A stretch of DNA of 64,000 nucleotides from Octopus sinensis (taxonomy: Eukaryota): positions 85,188,001 through 85,252,000 of the forward strand of contig NC_042998.1 of NCBI RefSeq assembly GCF_006345805.1. The letters are read 5' to 3'. Position numbers and translations under genes: made by a program. This document shows, piece by piece, positions 1 to 11,949 of this stretch (the stretch's first letter is position 1; each line of letters starts with the position of its first letter). The notes under the pieces are model-generated. The model did no database searches. It had not been told where the DNA came from and saw only the letters and a list, made by a program, of their open reading frames with translations.

Positions 1-810
1 GAGTCATCAGGGTTGTCGTACAGCCCATGTCCACAAGGGCTCGTGACATCTTCCCCTCCACCAGAATGTCGACTACAGGTAATGACGATAAACGCGCCTC
101 TATTGATCCAAAGGGACAACTACCGGCGTAGTAGTCTCCCTCAGTCCATTTCCCCGCAGACATTTGCTGTTTCTCGACACCGGTAGCAAATGACCTTAGG
201 CTTGGGTGACTCGCAGTCTCGCACCATGTCCGAACCCTGGCACTGGAAACACTGTCCTTTAAATGGTCGCACACGTTCTTTCTTTGACCCCTCTCTGCTG
301 TTCCTCGCTTGGCCACCTATCATTGTTGCAGTCGCTGCTACCGATGTCGTTCTGCAGTACGAAACTAGCACACGAGCCCGAGATACAATGTCTGCCATCG
401 CCATCGAGTGAATGTTCGGAAGCTTCTGCAACTCGACCGACATGTTGTCAGGAAAGCCACTCTCCCTCATAACCTGCCAGTTTAGCCAATCTCCTGAGTT
501 CATTGGCAAATACGTCAACCTGTTCCCCAGTCCATCTTGTTTTCTCCAAGCGAGCGTATGCCTCAAACATTCCCTCCACAAAGGCCTCCATCAACCGGGT
601 TTCTATTTTCTCCGTGCTAAGTTGGTCCTTCTCTTCCATCTCTAGATACAGCGCCAATGCCGAACCATCCAAGTACAGTGATATAAAACTCGTTAGGTCG
701 CTTATACCGTGGAGCTTCGCCATCAACTTCACCTTCTTCAACCAAGCGACTACATCTGTGTCACTGCAAAATGGTTTGATTATCTCGTTTGAAATACGGG
801 CAACAGTCAT
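1..810 (-). pseudogene. Disrupted gag-protease of the LTR element
   Basis: Gag is split between two frames (448..810 stops at EWLS*; GFPDNMSVELQ... continues in 141..581). The second knuckle lacks its His. The protease catalytic triad reads D-M-G (GAC ATG GGC, 31->23) instead of D-T-G. Confidence 0.8.
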
Positions 811-842
811 CGTTCGTTTTTTTTTTATGAGCCGAAATAGCT

Positions 843-1140
843 TGTAGTGTGATGGAGGAAAAGGACAACAGAAAAAGAAGCAAGGGGAGAAAGAAATACA
901 AAAGGCCTTACTTCGGCGAAATCAATGGTCTCTCACAAATTCAACATGTCCTGTCGCTTTGCCGTCTATGCTGAAACTGACCACGCTTCCTCGCTGACCA
1001 CACGTGCTTCCTGCCAAGCATGCGCCCTTCACTCTTCCGCCAGCCCCTGCAAGCCCTACTTCTGCCCACCTCATCTGTCATCCTCTCCACCAACACCACA
1101 TAGCTCATCACGGCCCATAACACTGACTGCCAACACCACA
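843..1140 (-). repeat. 5' LTR (about 298 bp)
   Basis: Minus strand starts TGTGGTG and ends CACTACA (TG...CA, 6/7 terminal inverted match), 33 bp upstream of the gag ATG. CAACACCACA also occurs at 1091-1100, so the outer boundary could be 1100. Confidence 0.65.
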
Positions 1141-1350
1141 AAAACTGAAAGCCCATCATACATACATATGTGTGTGTGTGTGTGTTTGTTTTTGTCCCCT
1201 AACACTGCTTGACAACCAGTGTTGGTCTCTTTACATCATTATAACCTATCAGTACAATAAAATAGTACCAGGCTTGATTCATTTGACTAAAACCCTTCAT
1301 GGAAGTACCCCAGAATGGCCACAGACCCATGATTGAAAGAAGTAAAAGTT
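1141..1350 (+). mobile_element. 3' half of SINE family A, interrupted by the LTR element
   Basis: aaactgaaa-gccc...(TG)n...tttgtcccctaacac.gcttgacaacc...ccagaatggccacag...gaaagaagtaaaag matches the 3' part of the full copy at 7667-8070; the 5' head is absent. Confidence 0.75.
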
Positions 1351-2779
1351 AGAAGGACTGAAATCTTTGTTTGATTAAAGCAGCTGAAAGTATTTCTGCA
1401 TTTGGTGCATGTGTGTGTACACATGTGCATACAGGGTGGGGAGCTTGGCTGGATGGAATGGGATAGATTTGCATGGGATTGATCAAGGGCATGGAATTGG
1501 TTGCAAAGCAGGCTGAAAAGGTGGGAACCATCATTGTTTAAAAGAGGAGCAAATGAAAACTCTGTAAAGTGTGTGTGTGTGCACATGTGCATATGTGCAT
1601 GTGGTATAAGCAGTATTAATTTAAAGTAGTAATGTATATCTTGTACATAAAGTGGATGTATCATTGAAAGCCAATTTAAAGTTTAAAATTATCCATCTCT
1701 GTTCGTAGTGAAAGTTTAATAAAAAACAATGTGAATAAAAGTGCAAGAATAGATATATTATTTTAATATTTCTTGTTTTTAGATTTGGTTTGCAAGATTC
1801 TTTATATGAGTTCGTGTGTTGAAGCGTATTCTGTTGTGTCTAGGGAGAGTCATTTTCTTTTTGTGCCTTATAATTTAACGCACTCACCAGTAAAATTTCC
1901 ACTTATTTCTTATTTTTATTTTCCTAAAATTTTCATTGCATCTTGCAACCTTTTCAATAGTCTTGACTATTTGGCTGGGTCATGTGTTAAATTATAAGGC
2001 ACAAAAAGAAAATGACTCTCTCCAGACACAACAGAATTTAATATTTCTTATTGACAAGAAATGTAGGAAGCTGGCAGCAATAATAAAAGTGCTAGACTAA
2101 ACATTTTATAGTCTTGTCTCACTTTGTTCTAAATTCAGATGTCAAGGAGCCAGCTTTTATTCTCATCTAATTGAGAATATACCAATGATATATTATTTCT
2201 GTTGATTTGGAGTGTACAAGAGAGGAAAATTTGGGGAGAAGCATTGAGAAGAGATATCTGGAGATTAAACCTCAAGAAGGAAGGGACACAGGATCACAAC
2301 AATTGGCAAACCATTGAGCTAGATAAGACCCATCCTACCTGGAAGCATGGCGAACTGGACACCAAATAATGATAGGCATATATGTATCTTCCCTTATAAG
2401 AGGTGGCTCTGTAACTAGTTAAAACAAATGAATATTTCCAATAGAAAGTAACTAGTTATGCTGAAAAATATGTTTTTAATTACATGTAATATCTTTTTGA
2501 ATGGCAAAGTTAATTCATTGAGAAAATACTGCTGACAGTTGTTATTGTTATGTTATACAAGGTGGCAGAATTGTTAAGCATGCCCGACAAAATGTTTAAT
2601 GGCATTCATTCTGGCTTTATGTTACCTTTCAGTGTCAATAAAATAAAGTACCACCACCAAATTCGGTTACCTATAATAGAAAGCATTATGTTAAATATCT
2701 GCCTAGAGCTTAAAAATAATTCTAAAAAATAATTTTTTAATGAAAGCAGAAGAATTGTTAATTTCTTTGTTTACCTCAG

Positions 2780-2887
2780 GTGTACAATTGGAAACCCGAG
2801 CCATACACAAGCTTGTCAGATATCCCTTCAGAATTTCCAAAATACCGTTATCATAAAAATTCTATAGGGATTTATTGTTATGGACTT
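2780..2887 (+). CDS. ATP1B: Na+/K+-ATPase beta subunit (nervana-like), penultimate coding exon
   Basis: Acceptor tttgtttacctcAG, 108 nt (phase 0-0), VYNWKPEPYTSLSDIPSEFPKYRYHKNSIGIYCYGL, donor GTGAGT. Matches the beta-subunit pattern (LNK)-xYxWxPE-x-Y...IxxxCxG. Confidence 0.85.
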
Positions 2888-3360
2888 GTGAGTATGATTT
2901 CAATTGTAATGCTAAAGTTTAATAGTTTTCATGTCAAGTTGTCTCCCTTGACAAGTGTAGTTCGTAAATATTTTTGTGTTACTGTTTATTTTTGTTACAT
3001 GTATTGTTAATAATATATATGCAATTATAGCATTTCAAAACTTCTTTATGAAGGTTTACACAATTAAATTAGAGAATATTCAGTTGTTAAATAGTTTATA
3101 ATAGCCTATTTTAACTTAATGTAATAGTTTTCATAAAAAAAACTATAGTTGGTCATCGTTAATAAATTTGTTGCCTTACTTATGGAGTCTTGGAGCAAGG
3201 GACATAACTCTGTTTGACTCAGTTTTCCTGGTTGACCCGCCTCTAGCGTCAACTCTGTTAACAAATGCTGTTACAATAATCAAATATCTAAATTTGTAAA
3301 TACTTTATCTACCACCTTAGATGGGAAAAGTTAAATCGGCAGTAGACGGTAATCCAGAAA

Positions 3361-3866
3361 TCTATATATATAAAACTCTAGTTGTGTGAGTGTCTGTCCC
3401 CTTCGATTTAGATTCCTAACTCCTCCCACATTTTGCGGTGCAGTTTAACCAAATTCGGGTATCTTATAGTCGTGATTCATATCGAGCCCGTCTGACTATT
3501 AGCGCGCGTCAACGATGAGTCTACGATTTTAAAAATAATTTAACATCGTTTTTTATTCCATTTTAATGCATAAAATGCATCGTATGTCGATGGCGGCGGA
3601 GTTGGCGTCCATGCTCACAGCTGCACCTGTTTGCTTCTCCCCCTTCCCTCCCTCGTGAAGCTGTGGGGAAGGGAGTGTAAAGAAATCAACGTCGTAATGC
3701 ATTGTGAAGGAAACCAGCGTTCTTTTAGAACAACGACTTCATGGCTTGAAGACACCAAAACAAAAATGGCTAAGAAAGCCCGAATTTATAAGGGAAGTAA
3801 CTCTCTAAAAATGCTTATATAGTTATTTCCCTTACAAACCCGAGCAACGCCGGGCGATACTGCTAG
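3361..3866 (+). mobile_element. Non-autonomous Helitron (506 bp) in the ATP1B intron
   Basis: 5' TC start (A|TCTATATATATAAAA), 3' CTAG at 3863-3866 followed by T, subterminal hairpin CCCG-A-GC-AAC-GC-CGGG (3839-3854) 8 nt before CTAG, A|T target with no TSD; CpG-rich relative to flanks. Confidence 0.9.
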
Positions 3867-4034
3867 TTATTAATAACTGAAAGATATAATTTTTCTTAAC
3901 AAGCTAAAGTAGCTGGTTTTAAAATTTCTGAAAGAGATTCAAGTAGTAATGATACTAAACAATATAATGTTTGTTGCTATTGCAAAAAATAGACCAAAAG
4001 TTATATTTTGAAATTTGTTTATTTTCTTTTTCAG

Positions 4035-4274
4035 GACAGTCCTGATAAGGATAACCTTGGTAGAATAGTTTACATGCCAATATCAGGAATACCTTTTGAA
4101 TTTTTTCCATATTTAAATCAAAAACACTATGTTTCTGCATTCACATGGATTCAGCTCATAGGTATAAAACCTAACATTGTAGTGACTATCAGATGTAAAT
4201 ATTATGTAAAAAACAACCATATTTATCACAGGAAACGTATTAATTTTGTTGATTTTTACGTTCTTATAGATTAA
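4035..4274 (+). CDS. ATP1B: Na+/K+-ATPase beta subunit (nervana-like), terminal coding exon
   Basis: Acceptor ttttctttttcAG, phase 0, DSPDKDNLGRIVYMPISGIPFEFFPYLNQKHYVSAFTWIQLIGIKPNIVVTIRCKYYVKNNHIYHRKRINFVDFYVLID*. Has the beta-family P-D-x-xN-G, FFPYxN, IxCK and terminal FxxxID motifs. Upstream exons lie off-window. Confidence 0.9.
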   Translation, partial: DSPDKDNLGRIVYMPISGIPFEFFPYLNQKHYVSAFTWIQLIGIKPNIVVTIRCKYYVKNNHIYHRKRINFVDFYVLID

Positions 4275-4768
4275 AATCTGCACCTTTTATCTATCTGTTG
4301 GAAATGGTCACATGATAAGGAACTAAGCAACTGTACATCAACATTGCTTGGGAGTTGTTCAGTTAAGGTCACTTACTTGCTTTCTTTCTGAGCATTTTTA
4401 TACATATATTTCTGTTTTCATACAAACTTAGCTTTCTTTGGCACTAGAGACTTTAAGCAAAGCTGTTTGTTCAATATGAATTTTAAAGTCTTGTTCTATT
4501 TCTCTGTATTGTTGAAGGCTTTTACTACTGCTCCAGTTTTAATATTTTTGACACTCATCACTTTCCTTTATCATATACTGGCTGCAGTTGTCCATTGTTT
4601 TCTTTTTTCTTTTCTCTTTTTTTTCTTCTTTTTTTTGCTAATATCGAATTCTCTGCTAATTTGATAATTATTTCTTTCCAAGGAAATTAAATGCTTTGTT
4701 ATATATATATATAATATATATATATATATGTTATATATATATATAATCATAATGATCATGATCTTGAT

Positions 4769-5634
4769 CATTTAGCGTCTGTATTCCAAGCAGGGGTAGA
4801 ATAGTTGATAGGAGCCAGCCAAGTAGAAAACTAACTCAGGCTACTGTGTCTATTTTGACAGGGTTTTTACAGCTGGATGCCCTTCCTAACACCAGCCACT
4901 CTGCAGATTGGACTCAGTGCTTTTTACATGGCACTAGCTCAGGTGAGGTTAGTTTTGGCATGATTTTTTCAGCTGGATGCCCTTCCAAATGCCAACCACT
5001 TAAGAGTATGGGATGCTTTTTACTTGGCACCAGCACTGGCAGGGTCAACAAGTAACTTGCAAGACATGGAATTTTGAGAGGGGCAGGGTATTTGAGGAGG
5101 GAAACTTGTGTCAGAGCTTAAAAGGTTAGAGTGTGACAGAGAGGCAGAAACAGGTGTCTTGCTATAGAGGAGGTACATGTCTTGCTATAGAGAAAGAGAG
5201 AAGAGAGAGGGAGAGAAGAAGAAGAAGAGACAGAGAGATACAAGAAAGAGGACAGAAAACAGGTGTACTGATGTAAAGGAGATACTTGATTTCCTAGTCA
5301 CAGAGAAAAGCAAAAGAAGGAGAGAAATAGTGATCAAGGATGAGGGCAGAAACAGATATGCTGCTGTACAGGAGATCCATGGTTACCCAGCCAGAGGGAA
5401 GAGCAAGGGAGAGAGAGAGAGAGTGTGTGTGTGGGAAACACCAAAAGTGTAAGAGAGAACAGGAGAGAGATAGTAAAGTGCCAGGGTATACTCACAAATA
5501 ACAAGGATCAGAGCTTAGATGTGATGGTAGAGTAAGGAAGAGAGAGATACGGAGGTCATAATATACATGGTCAGGTATTGCCAAGAAGGCGCAAGTAGGG
5601 AGTAGGGATTGCAGGGGAAAATGGATGTTAAATG
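4769..5634. mobile_element. Composite repeat: family-D SINE-like segments (-) + purine-rich spacer + inverted family-D tail
   Basis: Left end catttagcgtctgt, right end atggatgttaaatg (reverse complement 10/14). Family-D motifs agctggatgcccttcc twice. Interior homologous to 54199-54777. Confidence 0.55.
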
Positions 5635-5739
5635 TTAATATACACATACATATGTGCATCTATGCATACATACATGCATCCATGCATGCATGCATACATA
5701 CATTTACTTATTTTTTATTTAAACCAGCAATTATAGGGA

Positions 5740-5890
5740 GAGAAAATTAGTCAATTAATTTAACTCCCAGTACCTGGCTGGTACTTTATTTTGTTGACCC
5801 CAGTGAGATGAAAGGCAAATTTGAACTCGGAACAAATAGTTGGAATAAATACTGCGAGGTATTTTGTACAGCACCCTAATGATTCTGTCA
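5740..5890 (-). mobile_element. SINE family B, degenerate
   Basis: Core cccagtacctggctggtactttattttgttgacccc...gatgaaaggcaaa...tttgaactc shared with many copies in the window. Confidence 0.7.
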
Positions 5891-6399
5891 ATATAGAAAA
5901 CAATAGTTACAACACTATCAGAGCTCAGGTTTAAAACTATGAGAAATTATAGCTCAAACAACTTGATTTTCTTTCAATAAAAAATTGGAAAATAAGAATA
6001 CTTTTTCACTCTAAAATTATTGCTGCTGGAAGAGCATGAAAAATTATTTTTAAAAGAAGATTCAATAGAAGGTTCTATTTAAGCAATTAAATGTTTGCCT
6101 TTAGATATGAAATGACCTAGTGAATAAGGTATTAAATTCCTTTTCATGAATTGTGGTTTCAGTTGTTGGTGTCTATGAGCGGGACATTTAATTCTGTATG
6201 CCTTCAGTTAATTGAGCTGTTTAAAAGAGGTGAAAGATTTTTCTGGTAAAAGTATATTTGAAGAAAGTTGCCTATTTAGGAAAATATTGTATATTTTATG
6301 TATTTAATGGTAACTGTAGTCCAATACTGCATCACAGTGATTTATGGAAAGATTAAGGATCTACTTTATCTCTCTACTTCAGAAATATTTTCAGAAAAG

Positions 6400-7390
6400 A
6401 ATTTCATTTCTGTCACTCTGTGCTACAAATACCAAATGTGACCAACCAAGTTGAGTTGGCACTCTGCTACAATTTCTTGCAGTGGTTGTGGCCTTGTTCT
6501 TTTCAGAATTTCTTCATTGGTCAGACAATTCTACCAGTTGACCCTCAGGATCTTTCTGATGCACCTTTAATGGTATACATTTAGTTTACTAGTTGTCCTT
6601 ACTATGCTCTTACAAGCTTCATGGGTATGCATTGTAGTGGGATGAACAATGGAATTATGTAGATGAAATTTCACATCAATGCTGATGTTTGAGGCTGCTC
6701 AGATGGAACGCATATGCTGGAACACTGATGCTGCCTTTCCAGTCCTGCAGTCTATGTCCAGTTCTACATCACCAGTGCTTACAACACTGCCTAGATTGGG
6801 GAACTAGCTCACTTCTATCTTATACTGGATGATGTTGATAGCTATTTCTTGGTCCATGATATTGCTTGCTTTTATCACTTTCACATTCATTGTGTGTGCT
6901 GGTCCTTAACCTGAGCTTCTCCACATTCTGTTGCAGTGACATTGTCAACTCTTACAGATTTGCAGTTATCTGTATCTATCCACAGGATTCCATTGTTGGG
7001 TCCACTGACTGTGCTCCTCATGAATAAACAGTAGAGGAGACAAGATGTAGCCTTGCCTGACCCTCTTATGCATTATCTTGAGTTGTACAATCTTTTGAAT
7101 ATGTGGACAAAGCACAGTGGGATGCCATAAGACATAACAATGTTTCAGAGGGATTCCTTATGTACACTGTCGAAGGCCTTGTGAAAGTTGAGGTTGACTA
7201 CTAGTGGCTCCTGGTATCAATGATGTTCCATTGAGTGAGGATTTGTTCTGAACATGACCAGTTTCTTTCATAAACCAGCCTGTCCTTCATGTAGAACAAA
7301 TCCACAACTTGTCACAGCCTTCTCAATAGTATTGTACAACCTTGCTTGGGACTGACAAAAATGTGATGCCTACCAGGTTGCCCTTATTCA
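6400..7390 (-). pseudogene. RTE-clade LINE reverse transcriptase remnant
   Basis: Minus-strand peptides GITFLSVPSKV, NFHKAFDSVH (about 7190->7160), GVRQGYILSPLLFI (7063->), FPNLGSV; many stops and frameshifts. Confidence 0.8.
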
Positions 7391-7666
7391 GTAATTCACA
7401 ATAACCACCCCTTACTGTCAATCTTGAGAAACCTGCTCTTCCAAGTAGAAGTTTTGATATGCTTATTTATATGAATAGCCCTTATTGCAACTGGTTCACA
7501 TAGTCACAAGGAATTGCTGAAAAGCTTGAATGAACACAAACCTTCACATGATCTCCACAACAATAAAATGTGTTTTTGTGAAATGTGATGTAGCCAGCAA
7601 TGCTAAAAACACCATCTCAGAATAAAGAATATACAGATTTCTATGACTGTATTGAAATGTAGATCA

Positions 7667-8070
7667 GGCATAGGAGGAGTGGCTGTGTGGTAAGTAGCTT
7701 ATGAACCACATGGTTCCGGGTTCAGTCTCACTGCGTGCCACTTTGGGCAAGTGTCTTCTACTATAGCCTCGGGCTGACCAAAGCTTTGTGAGTGGATTTG
7801 GTAGACAGAAACTAAAAGAAGCCTGTCGTATATATGTGCATGTTTATATATATATATATGTATGTGTGTGTATATGTTTGTGTTTGTCCCCCTAACATCG
7901 CTTGACAACCGATGCTGGTGTGTTTATGTCCCTGTAACTTATCGGTGCGGTAAAAGAGACCAATAGAATAAGTACTAGGCTTACAAAGAATAAGTCCTGG
8001 AGTCAATTTGCTTGACTAAAGGCAGTGCTCCAGCATGGCCACAGTCAAATGACTGAAACAAGTAAAAGAG
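7667..8070 (+). mobile_element. Full-length tRNA-headed SINE family A
   Basis: A-box-like TGGCTGTGTGG (7680-7690), B-box-like GGTTCAGTCTC (7719-7729), central ttgggcaagtgtcttctactatagcctcggg, internal AT/GT microsatellite, 3' body ending gaaacaagtaaaagag. Confidence 0.85.
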
Positions 8071-8567
8071 TACTTTTCATGAAAGAATCAAAAAGTGAAT
8101 CTTGTCACAAACTGAAGGCATTTAAAAACATTAATTTGTATCTATATTTAAGATTATCATGATTCTTAGCTGGCATATTGCTCTTTTTTAGTTTCCTAGG
8201 GCTTTATCATTGCTGTCCTTTGTTTCAAAATCCTCAGACCAAATTTGTCACCTGAATTGACAAATTTCCATATCTGTCCATCATCACATAAAGTGGTGCG
8301 GATTAACAATTCAAGGAAGCTACAATACGTAGTTTTGCGTATATATCAGATGGTAAACCAAGTCAAGTAATATAAGTGATTCAATTTTCATGGCCAGTCT
8401 TAAAGGCTATTGGTGTCTGCATATGGATCTTATTTAACTGAGATGGTGAAAATGTTTTGGAGGAACACAGCTGAAGTCTTTAGACTAGTTGTCACCAAAA
8501 GTATTGGAGATGATTTAAACTGATTCTCCTCCTATTTCTCTGGCCTTGTGCTTATATCAGGAATTAA

Positions 8568-8770
8568 GGGCAGTAGATTAGCAGAATCATCAGAGCACTG
8601 AACAAAATGCCTTGTGGTATTCTTTATGTTCTGAGTTCAAATCTCACTAAGATCAAATTCAATTTATTGATCCTTGAAGGATGAAAAGCCAATTACTAGT
8701 CAAATACTGAGATCAATATAATTGACTGACACTCTCTCCCAAACTGTTGGTTTTGAACTTGAATTAGGAA
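8568..8770 (+). mobile_element. SINE family B, sense copy
   Basis: ggcagtagattagcagaatc...ttctgagttcaaatc (B-box-like)...tail ending aggaattatt. Confidence 0.65.
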
Positions 8771-9429
8771 TTATTGTGCTTTTTCTATGATAATATTTGT
8801 GCAGTTGTTAAAGTTTTATAGCTTAGCATGGAAAACAGACATTAAACGATGATGATGATGATGATGAAAGTGGCTGGAGTGGTATGTATATATTAATACA
8901 AGACTTAGTATTAAATATGGTTTGTGTTGGTTTGTATTTTGAAAGCTTGCAGTTCTAGTGTTTTCATGACATATTCAAGCAAAGCACAGGACACATAATT
9001 TTGAGGCCTCTGTCATGGTTTGGTATGTCTTGCATGTTGCAGGTTCAGTTAATTATTTTAAGTGCTGTGTTAGTTCTGTAGCTATGTCTATTGTAAAATG
9101 CTATGTAAATATTTGGTAAAGTTACTTAGTTCAATAAAATAGTTCTTTTTAATCTGTAAGTGATGCATTGTTGTATATGCAGCTTTGATTGTAATATGGT
9201 TGTATGACGTACATCATCTACCTTGGCTGTTGCTATGTGCTTTGTGTAGAAAGCGCTTAGTTTTTATTAGAAGTTTGTTAGCTCTGTGGATTGTAATAGG
9301 AAAATAAAAATAATACTTAGGTTACTGTTGAGGTTGGTTTTGATTCGGTGTTTGTTTGGGTGATTTTGTTCATGGTGCTTTGTGATGTGTTCTATGCTAG
9401 AATCATCACCATCATCATTGGGTCAAGCT

Positions 9430-10330
9430 TGCTCAGATTCACATGACTCTGATCCTCCTTACTTAAGCACTTTGCTCCCTATGGAGCTGAGGCCATTGGT
9501 GACTTTGCTCCACTGTTTTTGACTCTGGACTATACAGGGCCACTCCTTCAGTAAAAGGGGATGTTTCCCTGAGGGGGTGGGGCTTACCTTCTCCCAGGGA
9601 TTGCTGGTCTTTAATTCTCATTGATGCTTTTGTAACTTCACTTTTTTCGAGGTAGGAGGTGTTGGCCCTAAGAAAGCCTATTTTTACCTCCAGTAAGAGA
9701 TTGTCCATATTAGTCCAGCTTCTGTCCTTTGATCTGTTCAGATGAGAAATCCTACCAGGTGCTTGTGCTCTGCTGGCATAGCTATCAGTCATTGGGACAT
9801 ACAAGCCACTGCAATGCAAGAACTGAACCTTGCAGTGGACTCTGATACTCCACCTGTCTCTATTTTCTGTGATATGTGATAGTTCCTTCCAGTGATATCT
9901 GGTGTTATCTGTTAACTAATCAGTTCAAATTTCCACAGAATAACTAATGTGATTACAACCATGTTGAGTTGGATGTCATTAACCAGCCTCTCCTTACTTC
10001 TTCAGTAGTTTCTGCCAAAACCAAACTCTTCTTCTCCAATTGTATTTAATACATTAAAAAACTTGATTAAGCTGGGGATACTCCTACATTTTTAATGTTC
10101 TTACTATTTCTTGATCAGTTGATACCTTTGAATTTTTTTTCATGCTTGGTTTTAAGCATTCCCCACCCCTATTTTCTGTCAACTTTTTGATCATCCAACT
10201 ATGACCTTCCCATTTATCTGAGGGAATTTCCTCCCAACTTTTATTTTTAGATTGAAGTTTTTCAATATTGTTTCCCTCTTTAAGACAAGATTTTTTTTTT
10301 GTAAATTTAGCTGTAAATTTTGGTTAAAAA
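9430..10330 (-). pseudogene. Probable highly decayed LINE fragment
   Basis: GC-richer than flanks; minus-strand WKELSHITENRDRWS resembles the RTE RT C-terminal W.E...A.DR..WR; otherwise full of stops. Confidence 0.35.
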
Positions 10331-10599
10331 TTCTAACTCAAATTAGTGTTTACTAATTAGTATAACTGATAAGCCTGTTAGTGTTATTCTGGTTGGACTA
10401 AAAACAAAACCTGCAGAAGTTTTTTTTTTTATAAGAAATAATTAATCATTGATTAGAGTGAAGGTGAAACATGGCTGTTCAACACATTCAGGAGGGAAGT
10501 AACTTCCAGTAAGAACCAACTTAACCCATGACAACCCATCCAATCTATACAAGAAAAGCAGACACAGAGATAATGACAATGAGAAATGTTTTAGAGAAG

Positions 10600-11909
10600 T
10601 AAGATCAACAAGTAAGCTCCAAAGAAATGGAGATGATGTTTGTTATTAAAGGATGAAATAAAATAATGAAGAAAAAAAACTTACAAAATGTATATGAGAA
10701 TTTTTAGAAATTTATTTTGTCCAAAGTACATTGTTTTTGTTCTGTTTTTTTTTCTTCTTTTTTTTTTCCATACTCGTGCACTATGTACAGAGTGTTGTTT
10801 GCCCAAAGTAACATTGCTGTTTTTCACTCATGCACTAGGTACTGAGTTTTATATGCCCCAAAGTACATTGTTCTCGACACTCAGGCATTCTCATCAATAT
10901 TATTATTATTTATGTACTGAGTGTATTATACTGTCATCATCAAGAAGTTTACATAGAAATATTTCATTATCCAAAACTTTGCAGAACAGAGAATTTTGGA
11001 AGTCAGACATTAATAAAGAATGTTAACTTTCAAGAAAATCCACAAAATTAAAAAGTCCAAATGGGTTTGTTTTTGTTTTGCTTTTTTTTCCTTTATGTAC
11101 AACAGTGGTTTCAAGAAATTAGGAATTTCAAGCTGTTAATTGAAACACACACACACACACACACAACAAACAAGGAACAACAACAACAACAAAAAAGAAC
11201 CACTAACATTTTCTTTCACAGCTTTTAAAATAACCCAATACAATTATTTGAGCATTCTAAAAATCATGGTAGTGAAAATAACATTTCCAAAGATCTTAGC
11301 AGCTCAACTAGTGCCCATTAAATTTCAACTGACAAGTTGGCCATTTTTCAGTCTCATTTTATATTTTTTTAATAAGAAATTCTGTATAAAATACACAATT
11401 CTTCAAGACAAATGTTTTTAAAAACTTTTTTGCTTTGTTTTTTTTTTAATTTTTTTTCTTTAGTTTCATTTTTACTGAAAATGTATACCATGTTGCTATA
11501 TTGATTATCAAAAGAAAATTAAAGCATCATAGCTTAGATTAAAATGGTCTCACAAATACAGATTGTCTTCATTTGGAGTTTTTGTTCTCCACCGAAACTG
11601 CTTTTATTAGAAGCTTAATTTATTCCTGAACAACAGATGATGATGTTAGAACAGAATTATTCAAACACAGCAAACTTAAATTACAATACAATACAGTTCA
11701 TCTTAAAAAAAAAGTGGTGTAATATCTCTATATTTTTGTTGTATATGTTGAACAGGGTATCAAGCAACTGCAGTTCAGGCTACAATATAGACATATGCAC
11801 ACAACATACAGAAGACAATAATTTAAAATTGTGTATGTTCTACGTATTTTGAATAATGCATTTTTATTAGTTCCCATTTGAAATGATTCAAAGTACATTG
11901 GAATTTTAA

Positions 11910-11949
<40 letters not shown>

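Larger units (their letters stand above)
1..1140 (-). mobile_element. Degenerate Ty3/Gypsy-like LTR retrotransposon, 5' part (LTR-gag-protease); pol continues left of the window
   Basis: Minus strand reads LTR (1140->843), gag-like ORF from 810, two zinc-knuckle-like motifs (CFQCQG..MVRDC, CYRC), then retropepsin-like LPVVDILVEGKMSRALVDMGCTTTL. The gag-PR order is seen. Gypsy versus other LTR superfamilies is inferred from gag/PR similarity because RT/INT order is off-window. Confidence 0.85.

Noticed and set aside
7667-7740. tRNA gene
   Set aside because: Only A/B-box-like head without a cloverleaf, followed by a SINE body; no true tRNA or rRNA genes were found in the window.
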